Translations under genes and position numbers: made by a program
Assembly: GCA_028826165.1 (NCBI GenBank)
Contig: JAPDFW010000053.1
Span: forward strand, 1 to 64,000
Reading direction: 5' to 3'
Source: Anaeramoeba ignava BMAN
Taxonomy: Eukaryota; Protista; Anaeramoebae
DNA: 64,000 nt
Part shown: positions 39,064 through 52,361 of the stretch, piece after piece
Layout of the letters: every line of letters begins with the position of its first letter
How positions within the stretch are numbered: position 1 is the first letter of the stretch
The notes under the pieces: model-generated
Told to the model about the DNA's origin: nothing
The model's input: the letters and a program-made list of their open reading frames with translations, nothing else
The model's database searches: none

Positions 39064-42000
39064 TTAATTTTGATTTCTTGGAGAGTTTCTTGGATCCTAA
39101 TTTTAGAAAATAAATTAAAATGAAAAACAAAAATTAAATTAATTTAAAATGAAATTAAAAATAATTTGGAAAATAAAATAATTTAAAATTAAATTATAAA
39201 TAATTTGGAAAATAAAATTAAATTATAAATAATTTGGAATTAAATTATAAATAATTTGGAAAACAAAATAATAAATAATTTGGAATTGATTTAAAAATAA
39301 TTTAAAATGAAATTATAAATAAATTGAATTATAAATAAATTGAAATAAAATTATAAATAATTTGGAAAATAAAATAATTTGGAATTGAATTATAAATAAT
39401 TTGGAAAATAAATTATAAATAATTTGGAAAATAAAATAATTTGAAAATGAAATATAAATAATTTGGAATGAAATTAAAAATAATTTGAAATTAAATTATA
39501 AATAATTTAAAATAAAAATTTAAAAATAATTTGGAAAATAAAAAATAATTTAATTTAAAATAAAATAATTTAAATTGAAATTAAAAATAATTTGAAATTA
39601 AAATTATAAATAATTTAAAATTGAAATTATAAATAATTTAAAATGAGATTATAAATAATTTAGAAAATAAAATTATAAATAATTTAAAATAAAATTATAA
39701 ATAATTTGAAAATAAATTATAAATAATTTAAAATGAAATTATAAATAATTTGGAATAAAATTTAAAATAATTTGGAATGAAATTATTATAATTACCAAAG
39801 GTTGGTGATGATGTAAGTTTTGTGAAAAATTTGGCATTTGTGGATTTTCAATGTTTTGTGGCATCATTTGAGTAGTAAAATTAGAAGAATTTGGCATGTT
39901 TGGTTGCATGTTCCATTGAAAATGTGAAGGATTTTGTATTTTAGGGTAATATTGAAGGTACTAAATAATTTTAATTTTAATTTTATAAATGAATTTTAAT
40001 TTTAATTTTATATTTAAATATTAATTTTAATTTTAATTTTAATTTTAATTTTAATTTTAATTTTAATTTTAATTTTAATTTTAATTTTAATTTTAATTTT
40101 AATTTTAATTTTAATTTTAATTTTAATTTTAATTTTAATTTTAATTTTAATTTTAATTTTAATTTTAATTTTAATTTTAATTTTGATTTTAAATATGAAT
40201 TTTAATTTTAATTTTATATTTAAATTTAAATTTAATTTTAATTTTAATTTCGAATTTTATAAATGAATTTTAAATTTTAATTTTAATTTGAATTTTAATT
40301 TTAATTTAAATTTTAATTTTAATTTTAATTTTAATTTTAATTTTAAATTTTAATTTTAATTTTAATTTTAATTTTAATTTTAATTTTAATTTAATTTTGA
40401 TTTTAATTGTAATTTTAATTTTAAATTTTAATTTTAATTTTAATTTTAATAATAATTTACATTGGAATAGTTTAATTGAGGTGAAACATTAGGACTTGTT
40501 GTGGATTGATTCTTCACTTTTTTTCCAAAATGACATCTTACTTCAACTCCTTCAATTGTAGTTCTATCTAATTTTTGAATTGCCTTATTTTCAAAAAGAA
40601 AAAATTAATATCAAAAAAATAAATGAAAAAAAAAAAATATCAAAAATAAATAGAATAAATAAAATAAATGAAATACTTGAGCAGCAGATTCTTCTCCTTC
40701 AGAAGATTCAGAATAATGAACAAATCCAAAACCTCTTGGTGTGTTTCCTCTTTGTGGTAATTGAATTGTGATAACTTGTCCGAAAGCTGCGAATTTTTCT
40801 TTAAGTTTTTCTGCTGTCAATTTGTTTGCTTGTCTTGGATCAAATTCAAAATGAACTGTATTTCTTTTAATATTACCAGATCCCCATCCAATTCTAATTG
40901 GTCTTGAACCTGAAATTGTAAATTAAAAAAAAGAAAAAATATTTTTTTTTTCCTTCAATTTAAATTCTTGTTCTTTTTCTTTTAAAAATAAACCTAATTT
41001 TTGTCCATTCATTTCATTTTTTGCTTTTTTTGCATGTGCTGCATGTTTAAATCTAACAAAACCATACTTTCCATTTTTAACAAAAGTTTCATGTTCATAA
41101 ATTGGTCCAAATTTACTAATTTTAATTTTAATATTAATTTTAATTTTAATATTAATTTTGATTTTAATTTTAATATTAAATTTAATTTTAGATTTTGATT
41201 TTAATTTTAAATTTAATATTAATTTTAATTTTAATTTTAATTTTAATTTTAATATTAATATTAATTTTAATTTTAATTTTAATTTTAATTTTAAATTTTA
41301 ATTTTATAAATTAATTTTAATTTTATTTTAATTTTAATATTAATTTTAATTTTATTTTAATTTTAATATTAATTTTAATTTTAATTTTAATTTTAATTTT
41401 AATTTTAATTTTAATTTTAATTTTAATTTTAATTTTAATTTTAATTTTAATTTTTAATTTTAATTTTTTTAATTTTAATTTTAAATTTTAATTTTAATTT
41501 TAATTTTAATTTTAATTTTAATTTTAAATTTAATTTTGATTTTAATTTTAATTTTAATTTTAAATTTAATATTAATTTTAATTTTAATATTAATTTTAAT
41601 TTTAATTTTAATTTTAATTTTAATTTTAATTTTAATTTTGATTTTAATTTTAAATTTTAATTTTAATTTTAATTTAATATAATTTCAAATATTAATTTGA
41701 ATATTAATTTTAATTTTTACCTAAATATTTTTCTTAATTGTTCATCTGTAACTGAAGAATCAAGATCTCCAATAAATAAGTTAGTATGTTGCTCTGCCCA
41801 TCCTATTCTAATTTTTCTTCCATTAAGTTCTTCTCCATGTAATTTTTCTTTTGCATTAAGTGCATCTTTATGATTCTTTGATTAAAATAGAAAAATTTTA
41901 AAAATGATTTTAATTTTAATTTTAATTTTAATATTAATTTTGATTTTAATTTTAATATTAATTTTAATTTTAATTTTGATTTTGATTTTGATTTTGATTT

Positions 42001-42820
42001 TAATTTTAATTTTAATTTTAATTTTAATTTCAATTTTAATTTTAAAATGAATTTTAATTTTAATTTTAATTTTAATTTTGATTTTAATTTTAATTTTAAT
42101 TTTAATATTAATTTTGATTTTAAATTTTAATTATAATTTTAATTTTGATTTTAATTTTAATTTTAATTTTTAATTTTAATTTTAATTTTAATTTTAATTT
42201 TAATTTTAATTTTAATTTTAATTTTAATATTAATTTCGATTTTAATTATGATTTTAATTTTAATTTTAATTTTATAAATGAATTCTAAAATGAATTTGTA
42301 AATTTGTAAATTTCTTTTGATAAATTCCGCTATAAAAATAAAAATTGAGATTAGAAAAAATACTTTCATAGTAACGAAACCATAACCAAGAGAATTATGA
42401 GTTTGAGGATCTCTTTTAATTTTAACTTCACTAACTTCTCCAAAATTACCAAAAATCTTTTTCAAATTTTCCTAAAAAAAAAATTAAATATTAAAGAAAA
42501 AATTAAAGAAAATTCAATAAATTAATATTAAATATATTTTTGTTTTGATTTGATAAATTGTCAATATAATTTTTTGATTTGATTTTTAAATTAGAAAAGA
42601 AAAAATTGAAAATATTTTGAATTCAAAAAAAAATGATTAGAAAAACTTGCTTCAGTTTCATTTGGTGTTAAATCTCCAACAAAAAGTGAACCAAAATCAT
42701 TATCTTCTAGTTTTAAAAAAATTTTTTTTTTTTTTCATTTTTTTAATTGAATTTTTTTTTTTTTAAAAAGATGAAATTATTAATTATAAATTTTTTATAT
42801 TTTTAAACAATACCTTCCAT
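39064..42820 (-). CDS. Three-RRM RNA-binding protein (TIA1/Pub1/RBP45-like) with Q/N/P-rich tail
   Basis: RNP2/RNP1 motifs LFVGDL..LGYGFV, LFIGDL..KYGFV, RGFGFV and linkers GRKIRIGWA, GSRPIRIGWG. About 9 exons, including a 7-nt first coding exon and a GC-AG intron. Confidence 0.88.
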
Positions 42821-43064
42821 TGTTTTATTAATAATTTTTATTTTTTATTAAATTTTTTTTTTATTAATTTTATTATTATTAATAATTAATTAAAAAGAAA
42901 AATGAAAAAAAATTTTTTTTGCTTTTTAAATTAAAAATTAAAAATAAAAATAATTACTAATTTATTGGTTTTTAAAAAATTTTATTTTAAATTAAATTAA
43001 AAACAAAATTTTTCATTTTTCATTTTTCTATTTTTCTAAATTTCTTAAAAAATATTTTAATTTA

Positions 43065-44475
43065 AAAAACATAAAACACATAAACTTTAAAAAAATCAAA
43101 AACATAAATATAAAATTAAACAAAACTTAAAAAACAAAAAACATAAAACAAAAAAAAACAAAAACAAAAACAAAAAAAACATAAAAAAAAAACATAAATA
43201 CAAAAACAAAACACAAAACATATAAAAACATTAAAACAAAACAAAACAAAAACAAAAAAACATAAAAAAACACAAAACAAACAAAATACAAAAACACAAA
43301 TACAAAAGAAAAAAACACAAACATAAAACATAAAAACATAAAAAACAAAAAACAAAAACATGAAAACAAACAAAACATAAAAAACAAAACATAAAACATA
43401 AAAACAAAACAAAACAAAAAAACAAAAACAAAAAGGCACAAAATAAAACACAAAACAAAAAAAAACAAAACAAAACAAAAAACAAAAATATCAAAAACAA
43501 AACATAAAAAAACAAAAACAATAAAAACAAAACAAAACATTAAAACAAAACAAAAACAAACAAAAACAAAACATAAAAACAAAAACCTAAATAAAACATA
43601 AAAAAACAAAATAAACAAAAACAAAACACAAAAACAATAAACACAAACAAAACACAAAATAAAATAAAACAAAAACATAAAAACAAAAAAAAAAACATAA
43701 AAAATAAAAAAATATAAAAACAAAAACAAAAATAAAAACAAAAATAAAACACAAAACAAAAAAAACATAAAACATAAAAACATAAAAATACAAAACTGAC
43801 AAAAAAACATAAAATGATAAAAAATATAAACACAAAACAAAACACAAAACAAAAACAAAACATAAAACAAAATACAGGGGCCTGAAACACAAATACAGGC
43901 AAACATAAACAAAAACACTAATACAAAAAATAAAAACACTACAAAACAGAATAAATATCAAACAAAAACATAAATAAAAAAACATAAAACACAAAAACAT
44001 AAAAAAAACACAAAACAAAAACATAAAAACATAAATACAAAAAAAACACAAATAAAAACAATAAAACAAAAACATAAAAAAAAAAAACAAAAAATAACAA
44101 AAACAAAACAAAAACTAAAAACAAAAAAAACAAACAAAACATAAAACAAAAGGGAAAAAAAAACAAAAACAAAACATAAATACAAAACATAAATACAAAA
44201 CACAATACATAAAACAAAACATAAATACAAAACATAAAATAAAAACATAATAAAAACAAAAAAATACAAATACAAAAACACAAAACATAAATACAAAACA
44301 CAAAACATAAATACAAAACATAAATACAAAACATAAAACATAAAACAAAACAAAACAAAACATAAATACAAAACATAAATACAAAACACAAAACATAAAA
44401 CACAAATACAAAACATAAAACATAAATATAAAACAAAATAAAACACAAAACATAAAACAAATACAAAACAAATCA
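43065..44475. repeat. Degenerate A/C-rich low-complexity tract (AAAAC/AAACAT/AAATAC), almost G-free on the + strand
   Basis: Direct inspection; source of the many spurious F/C/V-rich minus-strand ORFs. Confidence 0.85.
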
Positions 44476-44558
44476 AATTTTCAAATTATTTATTTTTATT
44501 TTTATTTTTATTTTTATTTTTATTTTTATTTTTATTTTTCTTCTTTTTTTTTTGTAGA

Positions 44559-45647
44559 TTTTTTTCTCCAAAAAGATGATTCTCAAAAACAACCTCAACC
44601 AGTAAATCAACAACAAGAAGAAAACCAATTAATTGACCAAGAAAACGATACAAATTCATCAAACGAATCAGATGATGATGAACAAGTTGAAAAAAGTTCA
44701 GAAAGTTCTGATAACGAACAACCAAATCAAATGTCAAAAGATAATCAAGACAATGATAACCAAAATGACAGTGACAACAATGAAAATGAAAATGAAAATG
44801 AAAATGAAAATGAAAATGAAAATGAAAATGACAATGATAATGATAATGATGATGATAATGTTGAACAAAGTGACAGTGATAATGAAAATCAAAATGCAAA
44901 TCAAAATCAAATTGAACAAGATTTTGACATTGATAATCAAGATGATGCTTATCAAGCATTTAATCAAATTCAAAGAGATGATGAAATTCCACTTGCAATC
45001 AAGTAAAAAATTAAAATAAAAATTAATATTAATATTAAAATTAAAATTAAAATTCAAAATTAAAATTAAAATTCATTTTGAATTTAAAATTGAAATTAAA
45101 ATTAAAATTAAAATTAAAATTAAAATTCATTTTGAATTTAAAATTGAAATTAAAATTAAAATTAAAATTAAAATTAAAATTAAAATTAAAATTGAAATTA
45201 AAATTAAAATTAAAATTCATTTTGAATTTAAAATTGAAATTAAAATTAAAATTAAAATTTAAAAAAAGGAAATGGAAACAAGCAAAAGATAAAGAAATTG
45301 AAGAACAAGAACAAAATTCAACAGAAAAAAGAAAAGAAAATCAAGAAGTTGCAAAAGAAGAAAAAGAAAAATGGTATAAAGAAAGAACTGAAGTGAATGA
45401 AAAAACAATGAAAAGAAACAAGTAAATTTTTAATAAAAATTTAAATTGAAATTTAAAATTTAAAATAAAAATTAATTTAAAATTTTTTAGAGAATTAGAA
45501 AAAGAGTTTAAAGATCAAAGAGATTCTGTTCTTGCAGGTGAAAATTCATGGGAAAAAGTTCATTCTTTTATTGATATTGCAAAAAATGATGGAAGAGAAA
45601 AAGATGTTTCTCGTCTTCGTTCAGTTTTACTTTTATTAAAGCATTAA
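44559..45647 (+). CDS. Clathrin light chain (first exon not located)
   Basis: Acidic N-terminal half, helical KWKQ..EKWYKER..KRNK segment and C-terminal SWEKVHSFID..KDVSRLRSVLLLLKH. Begins at a TGTAG acceptor (44558); two further introns. Confidence 0.88.
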
Positions 45648-46132
45648 AACTTTCATTTTTAATTTCAAATCCAATTTCAATTTTAATTTTAATCCAATTT
45701 CAATTTTAATTTTAATCCAATTTTAATTTTAATTTCAATTTTAATTCGAATTTTTTAGAACTTAATTTTTAAACAACAAAATCGGAAAAAAATTTAAATT
45801 TAATTTTAAATTTAAGAAAAACAAGAAGAATTTTAATGAAAATTAAATAATTAATTATTAAGAAAAAGAAAAAGAAAAATTCGAAAAAAAAATTTTTTTT
45901 TTTTAATAATAAAAATAAGCAAAACAAAAACAAGAAAAAGAAAAAGAAAATTTTTTTTTGATTTTTTTTTTGATTAAAATTTGATGAAAAAAAAATTATA
46001 TTTAATTTATATTTAATTTAGATTTAATTTAGATTTAATTTATGATTTAATTTTAGATTTAATTTATATTTAAAATTTTAAAAGATGAATCATTATTAAA
46101 AATGAAATTAAAAAGAAAAAGAAAAAGAAAAA

Positions 46133-46177
46133 TTTTTTCATTTTTTCATTTTTCATTTTTTTCAATTTTTTCAATTT
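46133..46177 (+). promoter_or_regulatory. Tandem TCATTT/TCAATT initiator-like motifs upstream of the nitroreductase gene
   Basis: Repeated TTTTTTCATTT and TTTTCAATT motifs lie 20-65 nt before ATG 46198. Confidence 0.5.
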
Positions 46178-46197
46178 GTTAAAATAATAAAAAAAAA

Positions 46198-46881
46198 ATG
46201 CTTAGTATAATTTCCAAAATCAATTCAAGTAACAAATTAAGTGAAATAGTACAACATAAATTAAAAGAAACAATCAAACCATTATTTCGAAAGGGGGAGT
46301 ATTCAACAAAAGAAGAAACAAACGAAGTTTTAGAAACAATAAAAACGCGACGATCAACACGAGCATTTGAACGGAAACAAATCAAGAAAAACGAGATCGA
46401 AAAGATACTTGAAGTAGCAAAAAACACACCATCAGCGATGAACAAACAACCCTGGAAAGTATATGTAGTTCAAAAGGAAGAATTGATAAGAAAAATTGGA
46501 GGCGAAATTTCGGAAGTTTTAACGCCTCAAATGACTTTTTTACAAAGAGCTAAAAAACAGCTTCAAGTTCCTGATCCTATTCTTTATGATGCTCCAACCG
46601 TCCTCTTTATTACTACTAAAAAGGAACGTTCTATGCCTCTTTTTATTGATATCGATGTCGGGATTTATCTCGCAAATCTTAATCTTGCTGCTGAATCTTT
46701 GGGTATTAATTCCGTTATTGTCGGTTTGACTAAAATGCATGAAGAACCTGTTCTGAAATTTCTTAATATTCCTGATGATGAAACTTTTAAAATTGCTTTG
46801 GCTTTGGGTTATCGTGATTCGAATCGTCATCCTCCTGAAAAAAAAGAAATTGTTACAGGAAATATTAAATGGATTGATTAA
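46198..46881 (+). CDS. FMN-dependent nitroreductase with N-terminal presequence-like extension
   Basis: RRSTRAF, TPSAMNKQPW, DAP, D.G....NL.LAAESLGI and LALGY motifs; intronless. Confidence 0.9.
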   Translation: MLSIISKINSSNKLSEIVQHKLKETIKPLFRKGEYSTKEETNEVLETIKTRRSTRAFERKQIKKNEIEKILEVAKNTPSAMNKQPWKVYVVQKEELIRKIGGEISEVLTPQMTFLQRAKKQLQVPDPILYDAPTVLFITTKKERSMPLFIDIDVGIYLANLNLAAESLGINSVIVGLTKMHEEPVLKFLNIPDDETFKIALALGYRDSNRHPPEKKEIVTGNIKWID

Positions 46882-47476
46882 ATTCCCTTTCTTTCTTTTT
46901 CTTTCTTTTCTGAAATTTTTTGCTTTCTTTTTTTTCTTTTTCTTTTCTTTTTCTTTTTTTTTTTTTGCGGTTTGATTTGGTTTCTAAAAAGAAAATTTTG
47001 CTTTTAAATTTGATTTTTTTTATTTTTTATTTTAAAAAGAAAAACACAACAAAAATCTTAATTTAATTTAAATCAATTTTTAATCAAATTCAATTTTAAT
47101 TTTAATTTTAAATTAATTTAATTTTAATTTTAAATTAATTTAATTTTAATTTTAAATTAATTTAATTTTAATTTTAATAAATCAATTCTAATTCAATTTA
47201 AATCAATTTTAAATTTAATTTTAATTTTAAATCAATTTTAAAAAGAAAAATTTGGTTGAATTAAAAACAAAAATCTTCATTTCATTTCAATTTTAATTTT
47301 ATTTTCAATTTTAATTTTTAATTTTATTTTTAAATCAATTTTAATCAATTTAATTTTAATTTAATTTTAAATTATTTTAATTTTAATTTTAATTTGAATT
47401 TAAATCAATTTTAAATCAGGTTAATTTTGATTTTTTGTTATTTTGATTTTGATTTTGAATTTTAAAAAATCAATTT

Positions 47477-48514
47477 TTAATCAATTTTAATTTTTTGAAT
47501 TTTCAATAATTTTGGGTTGATTTTCATTTTCATTTTCATTTTCATTTTCATTTTCATTTTCATTTTCATTTTAATTTTATTTTCATTTGAATTTTCATTT
47601 GAATTTTCATTTGAATTTTCATTTGAAATTCCTGAAGAAATTGATAAAGCAATTAAATCATAAAAAGATTGCCTCAAAAAATGAGGAACTGAAGTTTGAA
47701 CAGGAATATTAATAGCCAAACTAAGAGCAGTTAAATCCTGAGCAGTTTTCTTAAGCTTTTGCTGGAGTTCATCCTTTGTAATATCAAGAATTTTTGGAAG
47801 ATAAAGAAAACCTTGATCATAAATCCAAACAATTTTCATTGAATATATAAAAGGTAAAAGATCCAATTTAGCAAGAACCGAAGCTTCACTTGTTCCGACT
47901 TTCTCGCCCTTTGAAACGAGAAGAAAATCTTTGATAATTTCAATCTTGCCTTTTGATATACGAGTGGGAACATGAAGTGACTGGAACAAAAAATGAAATC
48001 GCGATTCAACATTTGTTTGTCCAGCTTTAATAACAACGTCGTTAGGCGAAATGCTCCCTGCTTTTGCTGAAGTTGAAAGTGTAAGGCCAGAAAGCAACTC
48101 GCGAAGCTGATTTAGATTTTCGTTCGTAAAAAGTAATCCAACATTTCCTTTTATAACTTTCAGTAATTGTTCTAATTTTGGATTGCTCGATATTTTCGTT
48201 CTAATCGCTTTTTTCATCAACGTCTGCCAATGATTTTATGTTTGTTTTGTTTTTTTCGTGATTTTTTCATCTGCCGTTAATTTTTTAAATTGTTTTATTG
48301 TGAATTTTTTTTTCTTGTTTTTTTTTTGTACATTTTTCCCCATTAAAATAACTGCTTTTCCTGTCAATGTCGTTCTAATTTGTTGAATATAAATTGAAGG
48401 TAAATTATCACAATTGACAATTACAACTTTTTTATATTGTTCAAGATAATTTGAGATTTTAACAAGATAATCATCTTTTCTTAATTTTCTTTTTCTTTCT
48501 TTTTCATTTGACAT
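47477..48514 (-). CDS. RPLP0: 60S acidic ribosomal protein P0 (uL10), divergent, lacking the acidic C-terminal tail
   Basis: QQIR..L.GKAVILMGKN|TLMKKAIR, IKGNVGLLFT, AKAG.ISP.DV, TRISKGKIEI, GEKVGTSEA; one intron after MGKN. Confidence 0.8.
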
Positions 48515-48704
48515 TGACAAAAAACTAAACAGAAATAAATTAATAAAAAGAAAAGAAAAATGAAAAATATTTTTTTCTCCTTTTTATTTTTTTTTCTCCT
48601 TTTTTAATTTAAAAATAAAAATAAAAATAAAAAAATTTTTTTTCATTTTTCAATTTTTCAATTTGAAAAACCAATTAAACATTAAAGAAACCAACAAAAA
48701 AAAA

Positions 48705-51700
48705 ATGAATTTCTTCTTTTCATTCCTAATCATTTTAACTCTTTTGTCACTTTTACAATCAAAAGTAACTGTTTTGGATAAAGGTAATTTTAAAGAAATT
48801 ATTGAAGATAGAGCAGTTACTCTTGTTAAATTTTATGCACCTTGGTGTACTCATTGCAAAGCCGTAAGTTTCTTTAATTTTATAATTATAAATATAAATA
48901 TAAATATAAATATAAATATAAATATAAATATAAATATAAATATAAATATAAATATAAATATAAATATAAATATAAATATAAATATAAATATAAATATAAA
49001 TATAAATATAAATATAAATATAAATATAAATATAAATATAAAATAAAATATAAATAAATATAAAATATAAACATAAATATATAAATATAAATATAAAATA
49101 TAAATATAAAATATAAATATAAATATAAATATAAATAAATATAAATATAAATATAAATATAAATATAAAATAAAAATCTAAATATAAATATAAATATAAA
49201 TATAAATATAAAATCTTAAATATAAATATAAATATAAATATAAAAATATAAATATAAATATAAAATATAAATATAAATATAAATATAAATATAAAATATA
49301 AATATAATTATAAAAATATAAAATATAAATATAAATATAAATATAAATATAAATATAAATATAAATATAAATATAAAAATATAAAATAAATAAAATAAAA
49401 TATAAAATAAATAAAATAAAATATAAAATATAAAATATAAATATAAATATAAATATAAATATAAATATAAATATAAAAAATATAAATATAAATATAAATA
49501 TAAAAAAATATAAATATAAATATAAATATAAATATAAATATAAATATAAATATAAATATAAATATAAATATAAATATAAATATAAATATAAATATAAATA
49601 TAAATATAAATATAAATATAAATATAAATATAAATATAAATATAAATATAATTATAAATATAAATATAAATATAAAATTAAAATTAAATTTTTGTGGAAA
49701 ATAAAGTTAGCTCCAATTTTTGAAGAAGCATCAGATAAAATTGAAGAACTTGGATTAGATGCACTTTTTGCAGATGTTGATGCAACAGCTGAAACTGAAT
49801 TAGCACAAGAATATGAAATTCGAGGATATCCAACAGTGATAGCATTCAAAAAAGGAGTTATGTATGAAAATTATCCAGGAGCTCGAACAGTTGAAGCATT
49901 AATTTCTTATGTTCAAGCGTAATTATTTAAATTCAAAAACTAAAACAAAATATATATTTTTATATATATATTTAAATTATTCATAAAATTTAATTGATTT
50001 TAATTTAGTTTGTTATTACCTCCCATTTTTAAAATTGAAGAACTTGAAAAAGCAAAACAATTTTCAAAACAATTCCCAATTAGTTTAATTGTTTTCAATG
50101 AAAATGATGATGATGAATGTGAGTAGAAAAACAAAATAATATTTTAATTTTAATAATTTTAAATTTAATTTTAATTTTAATTTTAATTTTAATTTTAAAT
50201 TTAATTTTAATTTTAATTTTAATTTTAATTTTAATTTTAATTTTAATTTTAATTTTAATTTTAATTTTAATTTTATAAATGAATTTTATAAATGGATTTG
50301 AATTTTATAAATGAATTTTATAAATGAATTTTATAAATGAATTTTATAAATGAATTTTATAAATGAATTTTATAAATGAATTTTATAAATGAATTTTAAT
50401 TTTATAAATGAATTTTATAAATGAATTTTAATTTTATAAATGAATTTTATAAATGAATTTTAATTTTATAAATGAATTTTATAAATGAATTTTAATTTTT
50501 ATTTTAATATTAATTTTATAAATGAATTTTATAAATGAATTTTATAAATGAATTTTAATTTTATAAATGAATTTTATAAATGAATTTTAATTTTATAAAT
50601 GAATTTTATAAATGAATTTTAATTTTTATTTTAATTTTAATTTTAATTTTAATTTTAATTTTAATTTTAATTTTAATTTTATTTTAATTTTAATTTTAAT
50701 TTTATAAATGAATTTTAATATTAATTTTATAAATGAATTTTATAAATGGATTTTAATTTTATAAATGAATTTTATTTTTATTTTTATTTTTAAATAGATT
50801 TCGCAGAACTTGAAACAATGGTCGAAAAAAAAGAATTCAAAAAAATGAAATGTGCATATATTCAAGACAAAGAAATTGCCAAAGAAATGGGACTTGAAAA
50901 ATTACCAGGAGCAATTTTATACCGAAATCTTGATTCACACACTGAAAAATTTGAAGGAGATGCAATTAAAGATTTAAAAAAATTTGCATTAGAAAATCAA
51001 TTACCATTATTTGAAGAACTTTCTGCACAAAATTATCAAGAATATATGAGTTCATCAACTCCTTTGATTCTTAACTTTATTGATCCAGAAACAAAAGAAC
51101 AATCCTTAGATTTAGTCGCAAAAATCGCAGCTGAATTTAAATCAAAACTCCTTTTTGTTTGGATTGATGGAAAGCAAATGAGACAATATGCTAATAATTT
51201 CGCAATCCAATCTTTTCCTGCTATGGTTATTTTTGATAAAATTAAAGAGGTTTGTTTTCTTTTTATTTTTATTTTTCTTTTTCTTTTTCTTTTTTTAATT
51301 TAGTTTTGTAATTTGTGTTTTTTTATTAGAAACGTTATTATAAATTAGATCCATCTGAAGAAGAAATTAATGAAGAATCTTATAGAACTTTCTTACAAAA
51401 GTATTTATAAAATTAATATTAAAATTTATTTTGAAAATTAAAATTTATTTTGAAAATTAATATTAAATTTAAAATTAAAATTAAAATTAAAATTAAATTT
51501 AAAATTAAAATTAAAAATAAAATTAAAATTCATTTATAAAATCAAAATCAAAATTAAAATTAAAATTAAAATTAAAATTTATTTTGAAAATTAAAATTAA
51601 AATTAAAATTAAAATCTAAAATTAAAATTAAAATCAAAATTAAAATTAAAATTAAAATTAAAATTAAAATTAAAATTAAAATTAAAATTAAAATTAAAAT

Positions 51701-52243
51701 TAAAATTAAAATTAAAATTAAAATTTATTTTGAAAATTAAAATCAAAATGAAAATTAAAATTAAATTTGAAAATTAAAATTTATTTTGAAAATTAATATT
51801 AAATTTAAAAAAGCTTCTTGGATAAGAAACTTTCATATGCAGTTAAATCTGAACCAATTCCAGAAAAAAATGATGGGCCAGTTAAGACAGTAGTTTACAA
51901 AAATTGGGATGAGATAGTTCTTGACAAAAGCAAAGATGTGATGTTAAAAATATACGCAGATTATTGTGGACATTGCAAAAAAATGGCACCAGCATATCTT
52001 GAACTTGGAGAAAAATTAGCAGAAGTAGAAACATTAACAATAGCAGAAATTGAAGGTGCAAAGAATGATGTTGGAGATAATGTCGATCTTCAAGGTTTTC
52101 CAACAGTTTTAATGTTCCCAGCTGACAATAAAGAAAATCCTATTGTTTACAGTGGTGACCGTTCTTTTGAGGATATGCTCAAATTCGTCCAAGAAAACGT
52201 TCATTTTAAATTCGAATTAAAGGGTGAAAAGAAAGAACTCTAA
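48705..52243 (+). CDS. PDI: Protein disulfide isomerase (a-b-b'-a')
   Basis: Signal peptide, [45 protein letters not shown] and C-terminal KKEL. Intron 48864-49706 is (ATATAA)n. Confidence 0.93.
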
Positions 52244-52361
52244 ATCTATTTTAGATCCTTTTTTCCTTTTCTTACTTTTTCTCTTTTTCTTTTTCTTACT
52301 TTTTACTTTTTACTTTCAATCAAAAATTAATAAAAATCCTCCATTCAAAACCATTAAACAT

